Of a stretch of DNA of 55,985 bases, positions 44,988-52,174 are shown one piece after another. The position numbers and the translations under genes are program-made. How positions within the stretch are numbered: position 1 is the first letter of the stretch; the number at the start of each line of letters is the position of its first letter. Location of the stretch: the NCBI GenBank assembly GCA_019634125.1, contig JAHQVX010000054.1, positions 1 through 55,985 of the forward strand, read 5' to 3'. The DNA is from Saprospiraceae bacterium (GTDB lineage: Bacteria > Bacteroidota > Bacteroidia > Chitinophagales > JAHQVX01). A model generated the notes under the pieces. The model was not told the DNA's origin, ran no database searches, and saw nothing but the letters and a program-made list of their open reading frames with translations.

Positions 44988-45962
44988 ATGGACATGAATA
45001 CATATGTATTTGGTGGAAGTAACGACATTTCCATGTTGAAACTTCTCCTGAAAGAAGAACCAGCTATTACCTACATGCCCTTTAAGCAATCTATTCGACA
45101 AGGTTTACAAAAGTTAAATTGCAAAGGCATTGTAGTCTTAGCGAAACGAAGAACGATGGCCAATGCCTGCAAGTTATTAGATGCGATTAAACAATCCATC
45201 CCGAGTTGCCCAATAGTACTCATTTCAGCAATAAAAGACTCCGACTTACTCTATAAGGCGTTGAAAGTAAATTTGGTAGACCTTATTATCACCGACCAGC
45301 AACAACAAATCCTTGAAAGCGTTCGGAAGGCTTTTTTACTTATGCCTCAAAACAGTCCAAGGAAGCGCATTCTTGCGATTGGTGCCCACCCAGATGATAT
45401 TGAAATCGGTTGTGGTGGAACACTGCTCAAGCATCAAGAACAAAACCACGACATCACTATCCTTACGTTAACACAAGGAAGTAATGGTGGCAACAAAGCA
45501 AAACGGGTAGGAGAAGCCCAACGTGCCGCAGAGTTTATAAATAGCAAGCTTATTATCACGGATTTGCCAGACACTAAACTTTCTGAAGGCAACCCTACAA
45601 TTGGAATTATTCAAGACGCCATCAAGGCCAGTCGACCTGATATTATTTATACCCACAGCTTGAACGATACCCACCAAGACCATCGAGCTACTTACAATGC
45701 GACATTAGTTGCAGCGCGTTCGGTATCACAAGTATTTTCCTATTTGGCCCCCTCAACGAACGTGGCATTCACTCCAAACCATTTTGAAGTGATATGCCCG
45801 TTCATAGACCAAAAACAAACACTGATCAATTTTCATGTTTCGCAAACGCAAGGCATGGGACGCCCATACTTAACACCTTCAATTATTAAATCAACCGCAC
45901 AGTACTGGGGACGTTTTGCTAATTACTCGTACTGTGAACCTTTTGAAGTCATAAAATCGTAA
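44988..45962 (+). CDS. PIG-L/LmbE-family de-N-acetylase with an N-terminal degenerate receiver-like domain
   Basis: C-terminal domain has ILAIGAHPDDIEIGCGG and THQDH (Zn/His motifs of PIG-L/MshB/BshB). The N-terminal 120 aa or so have beta-alpha periodicity but lack the receiver Asp pocket. No signal peptide. Confidence 0.8.
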   Translation: MDMNTYVFGGSNDISMLKLLLKEEPAITYMPFKQSIRQGLQKLNCKGIVVLAKRRTMANACKLLDAIKQSIPSCPIVLISAIKDSDLLYKALKVNLVDLIITDQQQQILESVRKAFLLMPQNSPRKRILAIGAHPDDIEIGCGGTLLKHQEQNHDITILTLTQGSNGGNKAKRVGEAQRAAEFINSKLIITDLPDTKLSEGNPTIGIIQDAIKASRPDIIYTHSLNDTHQDHRATYNATLVAARSVSQVFSYLAPSTNVAFTPNHFEVICPFIDQKQTLINFHVSQTQGMGRPYLTPSIIKSTAQYWGRFANYSYCEPFEVIKS

Positions 45963-45964
45963 TC

Positions 45965-46936
45965 ATGAAAAAGACAAATGTTTTAATTACAGGTGCTGGT
46001 GGTCCAGCTGCTATTTGCGCATTCAAAGCATTAGCAAACGAAAAAAATATTGAATTATTTATGGCCGACATGAGTGCTCTGGCCAGTGGCCTATACTTAG
46101 TCCCGCCTGAAAGAAGAATGTGTATTCCTCGTGGGAATCATGAAGCCTTCGCAGATAATTTGCTAAAAAAATGCATCGAAAAGAATATTTCCATCGTATT
46201 CTCTACAGTAGATGATGAACTACTTCCTCTAGCAAAAAGAAAATCAGAATTTCAGAGGAACGGGATTCAACTATGTATTGCCGAAGAACAATCCCTCCAA
46301 ACCATTCTGAATAAGCACGCCCTATTGGAGCGCTTACAGCGAGCAGGGTTGGAAGTTGGGGCATTTGCCAAGCTAACAGAATTGGACACCACTCAATTCC
46401 CAGATACATCAATTGTAGTAAAACCCCAATCAGGGAGTGGTTCTAGAGGCGTGTGCTTTTATGACTCCTTAGACGAAATCCCCAAGCATAAGTTCAATGA
46501 CCAAGAATTAATGGTACAAGAGCAATTTCAAGGACAAGAATACAGTGTAGACATGTTCATGTTTCCATCAGGACGCATTTTAGCTTGTGTGCCGCGAATT
46601 CGAATGCGGACAGATAGCGGTGTATCTGTGACGGGTCAAGTCGTGAATAACCTTCGAGTAATCAGTTATGCCAAGGAAGTCGTGAAGATTTTAGGCCTAC
46701 CCTACGCGGCGAATGTACAAATCATGGATACTGCTGAAGGGCCAAGGCTGATCGAAATCAATCCGCGTTTCTCGGGCGGCCTGAGTTTAGTCGTTCAAGC
46801 AGGAGCAAACACACCTAAAATGGCTTTAGAGGCGATGATGGGCAAAGAAGTTCAACCTGTTTATCAATTCAATGAAGTAGGCATGGTGCGTTATTTCACA
46901 GAACACTTCACCAACGAACTAATAGCATTGTGTTAA
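45965..46936 (+). CDS. ATP-grasp ligase (CarB-like ATP-binding fold)
   Basis: VVKPQSGSGSRGV, QEQFQGQEYSVDMF and IEINPRFSGG are canonical ATP-grasp blocks. No signal peptide. Confidence 0.8.
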   Translation: MKKTNVLITGAGGPAAICAFKALANEKNIELFMADMSALASGLYLVPPERRMCIPRGNHEAFADNLLKKCIEKNISIVFSTVDDELLPLAKRKSEFQRNGIQLCIAEEQSLQTILNKHALLERLQRAGLEVGAFAKLTELDTTQFPDTSIVVKPQSGSGSRGVCFYDSLDEIPKHKFNDQELMVQEQFQGQEYSVDMFMFPSGRILACVPRIRMRTDSGVSVTGQVVNNLRVISYAKEVVKILGLPYAANVQIMDTAEGPRLIEINPRFSGGLSLVVQAGANTPKMALEAMMGKEVQPVYQFNEVGMVRYFTEHFTNELIALC

Positions 46937-48417
46937 ATGCGTTAGCCATAGTATTTACTGGCCTCGTGATTTTCAGTAGTTTACCACTCTTTACCTCGTT
47001 ATACCAGTTTTTACTGGTCGGCATTCATGGGTATAAGAACCACTACTGTAAAACGAAACCAATCACGCCAAGAGTAGCCATTATTATTCCTGCTTGGAAT
47101 GAAGGCAGTGTAATCGGAACGACCATTGAGCAGCTCTATGGCATGGACTATCCGAAAGATGCATTGCGGATTTATGTGGTAGATGATGCGAGTACAGATG
47201 ACACCCCTACGATTTGTAAAACCATGCACGAGAAATATCCAGACAATGTATTTCACCTTAGGCGGGAGAATGGTGGGCAAGGCAAGGCACATACTTTAAA
47301 CCATGGTATAGAAATCATATTAAGTGAAACCTGGGCAGAAGCGTTTTTAATCATGGACGCAGATGTTTTATTTGAAAACGATGCCCTCCGCAAGATGTCT
47401 AGACATCTTGCGGACCCCGAAGTCGGCTCCGTAACTGCATACATCAAAGAAGGAAGCAGTCCAGGCAATTATATCTCGAAATGCATTGCATTTGAGTACA
47501 TTACCGCACAAGCAGCAAGCCGGCGCGCTCAAAATATCATGGGGAAAATGGCTTGTCTAGCAGGAGGCGCCCAGCTGCACACTCGGGAAAACCTCCTCGC
47601 TATTGGAGGACGTATAGACACGTCATCCTTGGCAGAAGATACTTTTACCACATTCAACACGCAATTAAATGGCCGAAAAGCCGTCTTCGATGGCAATGCT
47701 ATTGTATGGGCTGAAGAACCCGATAATGTAGTTGGAGTTTGGAAACAACGCCTGAGATGGGCACGTGGGAATGTGCAACTTACCAAAGCATTTAAACACG
47801 TTTGGTTCAACCGGAAAAAAGGACTAAGACTCGGAAGCGCAGATTTCGGCATTTTATGGTTCGCCATTATTTTAATGCCGTTCTTTATGATTTTTGGGGC
47901 TATTGGATTAGTGGCTCTCTTCTTTATCGATTTCCCGTTGTCTTGGTTTCTCTTTAAACAATTTTGGATCTTGAACTCCATCGTCTACCTCTTCGTGACG
48001 TTGTTTTCATTTGGGATTGACCCCTTCACCGCCAAGCGATCTTGGGTTCAAGGCCTACTATTTCCAGGTCTGATTTCATTAATTATTATTGTGTTGTCAG
48101 CTATTCCAGGCTTATTAGAGCATTTATTAGCGCTTGGGAATCCACCTTCAGGTCAAACACTTACCTGGTACGCACAATTAATCGTACTGTTTATGTATAG
48201 TTGGCTAGCCCTTTGTATGCTAGTGACCTATTGGGCCTACCTTCTAGAAAAAAATTATAACTATAGGACATTAGCTAAGTGGCTAATCATTATTTCAGGA
48301 TTCGGGCCATTGCTTTGCGCAATTACGCTTCAATCCTACATTTCTGAATGGAAAAAAACCGAATTAAAATGGGACAAGACCGAGAAAAGCGGCAAGGTGA
48401 AAGTGATGAGCAGCTAG
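46930..48417 (+). CDS. processive family-2 glycosyltransferase / polysaccharide synthase (PgaC/IcaA/NodC/BcsA-like)
   Basis: N-terminal TM, then IIPAWNE, VVDDASTDDT, IMDADV (DxD), LAEDTF (ED) and QRLRWARG (QxxRW), then 4 or more C-terminal TM helices. GTG start overlaps the ATP-grasp stop by 7 nt. Confidence 0.85.
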   Translation: MLNALAIVFTGLVIFSSLPLFTSLYQFLLVGIHGYKNHYCKTKPITPRVAIIIPAWNEGSVIGTTIEQLYGMDYPKDALRIYVVDDASTDDTPTICKTMHEKYPDNVFHLRRENGGQGKAHTLNHGIEIILSETWAEAFLIMDADVLFENDALRKMSRHLADPEVGSVTAYIKEGSSPGNYISKCIAFEYITAQAASRRAQNIMGKMACLAGGAQLHTRENLLAIGGRIDTSSLAEDTFTTFNTQLNGRKAVFDGNAIVWAEEPDNVVGVWKQRLRWARGNVQLTKAFKHVWFNRKKGLRLGSADFGILWFAIILMPFFMIFGAIGLVALFFIDFPLSWFLFKQFWILNSIVYLFVTLFSFGIDPFTAKRSWVQGLLFPGLISLIIIVLSAIPGLLEHLLALGNPPSGQTLTWYAQLIVLFMYSWLALCMLVTYWAYLLEKNYNYRTLAKWLIIISGFGPLLCAITLQSYISEWKKTELKWDKTEKSGKVKVMSS

Positions 48418-48578
48418 AACAATTCTACGAAGTACTCGATAAAGATAGGAAAGAAGAACGTCGTTTATCTAAGGTACAAGTAGTCGTTTTGTTTGGGATT
48501 GGTGTAGGTGTGTTTTTGAGAGAATGGTTTTTTCCATCCAAGCTAGCTTGGATGGAATTCCTCCAACAACTATTATAA
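48369..48578 (+). CDS. possible small single-TM protein (candidate synthase accessory subunit)
   Basis: 69-aa ORF (from ATG 48369) overlapping the GT2 3' end by 49 nt in another frame. Charged N-half, then the hydrophobic segment VQVVVLFGIGVGVFL. It fills an otherwise empty 163-nt convergent gap. No homology evidence. Confidence 0.3.
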   Translation: MGQDREKRQGESDEQLEQFYEVLDKDRKEERRLSKVQVVVLFGIGVGVFLREWFFPSKLAWMEFLQQLL

Positions 48579-48580
48579 GG

Positions 48581-49282
48581 CTAGAGTAAATTCAAGGCTT
48601 CCACTAACTTCATCTTATTCGCTCGACTCACAGGAATCACCTCTTGGTTCACAAGTATACTGTTGTCCTCAATGTCTACAATCTTATGTAGGTTGACAAT
48701 ATAGCTTCTATGAATTCGCATAAATGATTTAGCAGGCAGTTTCTGTTCGATCTTCTTCATACTCGAACGAACAATATGCTGCGCTTGCTGATCCATCTTA
48801 ATCAAGGCATAATCTCCCTTGGCTTCTATCAGTGCTATCTTATCAAAAGCAAGACGTGTTAATCGTCCGTCTACATTGATGTACATGTCGGCATCTTGCT
48901 CTACCTGCACCTCGGCAGGGGTAATCCTAGTCTGTGGCTTTACCCGTTCAATGGCTTTTAAAAATCTGGGGAGCTGAATAGGCTTCACTAAATAATCCAG
49001 TGCATTCACCTCAAAAGCCTCAATGGCTTTACTCTGGTCGCCCGTCGTGAAAATCACATTTGGCGGATCTATCGTACTCTTGAAAAAATCCATGCCATTG
49101 ATCTCAGGCATATGAATGTCTAAAAAAATCAAATCAATATCCTTTCGATTATTTAAAGTAGTCAGCGCCTTGATTGGATTATCAAATTCACCAATTACTT
49201 GAAGATAGTCCACCTTACTGCAAAGTATGCTTAAATTTTTTCGTGCTACTGGATCATCATCAATAATTAAACACTTGATCAT
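48581..49282 (-). CDS. LytTR-family DNA-binding response regulator
   Basis: Receiver (LIIDDD..., FLDIHMP, DYLVKP) plus LytTR domain (FMRIHRSYIVNLHKI). ATGA overlap with the upstream gene. Confidence 0.9.
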   Translation of the reverse strand: MIKCLIIDDDPVARKNLSILCSKVDYLQVIGEFDNPIKALTTLNNRKDIDLIFLDIHMPEINGMDFFKSTIDPPNVIFTTGDQSKAIEAFEVNALDYLVKPIQLPRFLKAIERVKPQTRITPAEVQVEQDADMYINVDGRLTRLAFDKIALIEAKGDYALIKMDQQAQHIVRSSMKKIEQKLPAKSFMRIHRSYIVNLHKIVDIEDNSILVNQEVIPVSRANKMKLVEALNLL

Positions 49283-49926
49283 TTTATTCGTTTTTCAATC
49301 GTCAACAAATACAAGTCAATAGCTGCATCAACAGCCCGACTTTGAATTTCTGTTAGTGCTTGTCCATTTTGAGTTTGTAGAGCTAAGACTTCAAACAAGT
49401 CTTGCTCTTTAGGGTATCCAAAATACTTAGAATAATTCGCTAAATTATGATAAGTATAATATTGTTCAACAACCGGCACATTCATAGATACTGTTGCCTT
49501 TGCTTTTTTCAACTGCTCGTCCAAAATGACTAGCATTTCTTGAAGTTCTTCTTCTGTCTCACAGTAATCATCTAGCTGTAGCCGTGAAGCAAGCTCAGAT
49601 TCGATAGTGGGAAGCGCCTGTTCACCCAACACACCATTGAGTGCATCGAGACTTAATGGCTTGCTCAAAAAAAGAACAGCATCTTCTAAACTTGATTGGG
49701 AATGGTTACTTACGATTACAAAAGGAACTTTAAATCGGTCAACATAATCGGTCACATCATCCAAGCCAACATAATAATCAGACAAAAGGAAGTCAAAAGC
49801 CTCAGAATTCGCGAAGAAATCATCGAAATGAGAAAAAAGTTGAAGGCGCACAGATGTATTCTTGAACAAACGCCGGTAATAGGCTTGCTCTACTTTGTCG
49901 TCCTCTATAATAGCCAGTTTTAGCAT
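49279..49926 (-). CDS. receiver domain protein with a C-terminal helical HPt-like domain
   Basis: Start at MLKLAIIEDD (TAATG overlap with the upstream RR stop). Receiver residues: EDD pocket, LLSDYYV, VIVSN, LSKPL. The C-terminal 100 aa or so are helical, with HNLANYSKYFG partly matching the HPt motif HxLKGSSxxLG. Confidence 0.6.
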   Translation of the reverse strand: MLKLAIIEDDKVEQAYYRRLFKNTSVRLQLFSHFDDFFANSEAFDFLLSDYYVGLDDVTDYVDRFKVPFVIVSNHSQSSLEDAVLFLSKPLSLDALNGVLGEQALPTIESELASRLQLDDYCETEEELQEMLVILDEQLKKAKATVSMNVPVVEQYYTYHNLANYSKYFGYPKEQDLFEVLALQTQNGQALTEIQSRAVDAAIDLYLLTIEKRIK

Positions 49927-50339
49927 TAAGCCACACTTTGACTCGTCATCCAATATTGGGTAATCAGTTGTATCGTGTCTTGATACTGTACGTTGGAATT
50001 GGGTTTCACTATATATCCAGCGGCTTGTAATAAGTGCGCTTGTTCAATATCCTTTGGGTTTTTTGAAGTCGTTAGAATAACAACTGGAATTCGCTTCAAA
50101 TAATGATCTTGTTTGACCAATTCCAGTAACTCAAGGCCATTCATCAGTGGCATATTCAAATCAAGGATAATCAGCTGAGGTGGAGCATGTTTGTTGGACT
50201 CCAACCATTTCAGAGCTTCAGACCCATCATTAAAGCTTTCAATGCTCAATTCGGGATTATCACTTTTTTTCAGGGCACGCTCAAACTTCTTGTGCTCCAG
50301 AAAATCGTCGTCTACAAATAAAATCGTTTTCTTGTCCAT
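49926..50339 (-). CDS. single-domain CheY-like response regulator
   Basis: 137 aa. ILFVDDD, LIILDLNMP, VVILTTS and GYIVKP. Confidence 0.9.
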   Translation of the reverse strand: MDKKTILFVDDDFLEHKKFERALKKSDNPELSIESFNDGSEALKWLESNKHAPPQLIILDLNMPLMNGLELLELVKQDHYLKRIPVVILTTSKNPKDIEQAHLLQAAGYIVKPNSNVQYQDTIQLITQYWMTSQSVA

Positions 50340-51541
50340 TACAGTTTTGTGTGTTGTTTGTTTAGGGAAAATGTGAACGTAGTACCTTGTCCTTCTTTAG
50401 AATCGACGATAATCGTACCTCCATAATGCTCACAGATTTTTTTCACGATCGCAAGTCCAACACCTGTTCCTTTCGTCTGTTCATTCAACGTTGAGAACAT
50501 GGTAAATATCTTGTCGAAATATTTAGCGGGAATTCCAATGCCATTATCTTGTACAGAAAACAAATAATGACTGGAGGTTTCCCAAGATTTCACCAGAATT
50601 TTCACTACGTCTTTGTCGTTATACTTCACGCCATTCGTGAGTAGATTTTGAAAGATATGTTGAAGTTGTGATCGAGCTATTTTTAATACCGGGAAGTCAC
50701 CCTCTAAACTCAATTGAAATTGCTGAGGTACATCGATCATCTCAGATACATATTTAACTAAAGCTTTCGTGTCAACTTCTGTTTCTGTATTTTCGGTTCC
50801 TACCTGCGCATACTCTAAAATTCCATCGATTAAACTGAATGCCTTTCCTATTCTACTTTCTATCTCTTGAAGGTGTTCTAATGCCTCTCCTTTAAAGGCT
50901 TCAGCATGATCTTCTTTTAACCAACCTACTAATGTATTCACAGCTCTCAATGGCGATTTTAGATCATGAGAAACCACTTGAGCAAAGGCATCTAATTCTT
51001 TATTCTGACTTTGAAGCGTTTGAATTAAGGTGGCTTGCTTCTCTTCGGCTTCTACTAGAAACTGAATATCCTCAATAATGGCTAAATGGTAGCGCGTGCT
51101 CCCGTCTTGGTTCAAGACGGGAGAAACTTTTGTTTTAGCCCAAAACAGGCTGCCATCCTTCCTTCTATAGCGTTTTCGCAACTCAAACTGATCGACTTGT
51201 TGAGCGATCAATGCATTGGTGAGCTGGTACGATTTCGATACATCTTCTTTATAAGTGAGGTCTTTAATGGTTAACGCTTTCAGTTCTTCCACTGCATAAC
51301 CCATCATTTCGCCAAACTTGGAGTTCACCGTTTTAATATCGCCATTACTGGTTAATGCAATTCCAAACACGGCATTTTCAAACAAATGAATCAAATCCGA
51401 TTCTAGTTCGCCGTTCAGTTGTTCTAACTTCTGGTTATTCTGATAGAGTTCAAGAGATTTCTCTTCTAGAATCCGCTCTGCTTCTTGCCGAGCAGCGATT
51501 TCTCTCTGAAGTTTTTTCTCCAATAACTCTATGGCCTCCAT
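50339..51541 (-). CDS. cytoplasmic PAS-domain sensor histidine kinase (HnoK-like by context)
   Basis: N-terminal coiled coil, PAS domain, H-box VSHDLKSPL, N/G boxes LLTNGVKY, DNGIGI and GTGVGLAIVKK. No TM segment. Start lies 2 nt after the H-NOX stop. Confidence 0.9.
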   Translation of the reverse strand: MEAIELLEKKLQREIAARQEAERILEEKSLELYQNNQKLEQLNGELESDLIHLFENAVFGIALTSNGDIKTVNSKFGEMMGYAVEELKALTIKDLTYKEDVSKSYQLTNALIAQQVDQFELRKRYRRKDGSLFWAKTKVSPVLNQDGSTRYHLAIIEDIQFLVEAEEKQATLIQTLQSQNKELDAFAQVVSHDLKSPLRAVNTLVGWLKEDHAEAFKGEALEHLQEIESRIGKAFSLIDGILEYAQVGTENTETEVDTKALVKYVSEMIDVPQQFQLSLEGDFPVLKIARSQLQHIFQNLLTNGVKYNDKDVVKILVKSWETSSHYLFSVQDNGIGIPAKYFDKIFTMFSTLNEQTKGTGVGLAIVKKICEHYGGTIIVDSKEGQGTTFTFSLNKQHTKL

Positions 51542-51543
51542 GC

Positions 51544-52083
51544 TTATTTTTTACTGATGGTAAATCTTACTTTACTTCCATCTTCTTCGATAAACTCTTT
51601 GTCTAACCGAAACGCCTCATTGTAATGTTCCATTGTAGCTTCAATGAGTCCCTCAGCTAGGGCATACATTTTCTTACTACTCGTATAAACCATATCCATA
51701 CTGCCATCTGGATGATCAATAGTTGCGAAATGAGGCAAGTCGGCATCAGGATAAATCTTCCGTACTTCCACATGAATGTAGTCATGTACGCCACTTAGGA
51801 AGGAAAAACTATCGCTGCTATTCTCAAATAATGCTGGATAAGAAGCTACAAATGTTTGGAGTAAGTGCTTTCCAAAAGCCTTAATGAGTGCATTGGCATC
51901 CGTATCGGTACGTTGACTTAACGCGCCTACAAGTCGGTAAATCTCTTTGTGATCATACGTGCCGACTTTGGTATAAGCGCCATGATTAGGCAGTTGCGCA
52001 TCGTCAATAATGTTTTGAACCATTTCTAATCCGAAATGCGTTTCCACCATATCAAACAACTCGGTAAATACTATTCCTTTCAT
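51544..52083 (-). CDS. H-NOX (heme nitric oxide/oxygen-binding) sensor protein
   Basis: 179 aa from MKGIVFTELFDMV. Collinear with remembered bacterial H-NOX proteins (MKGIIFNVLEDMV..., ...IHDVIHLEVNKLY...). Candidate proximal His in GVHDYIHVEV. The propionate-binding motif is present as YTSSK, where the canonical form is YxSxR. Confidence 0.85.
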   Translation of the reverse strand: MKGIVFTELFDMVETHFGLEMVQNIIDDAQLPNHGAYTKVGTYDHKEIYRLVGALSQRTDTDANALIKAFGKHLLQTFVASYPALFENSSDSFSFLSGVHDYIHVEVRKIYPDADLPHFATIDHPDGSMDMVYTSSKKMYALAEGLIEATMEHYNEAFRLDKEFIEEDGSKVRFTISKK

Positions 52084-52174
52084 AATTGTATACAAACTAC
52101 GTACATAAAACACGCCAAATGCGTCTTATGCGACGAATGGTAAATATCTTGAGATGAATGGAAATATTGAGCGA

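Noticed and set aside
47529-47981. 150-aa minus-strand ORF (plus 47011-47292 and 47253-47468) inside the GT2 synthase gene
   Set aside because: The plus strand carries every GT2 signature motif in order. These are antisense shadows.
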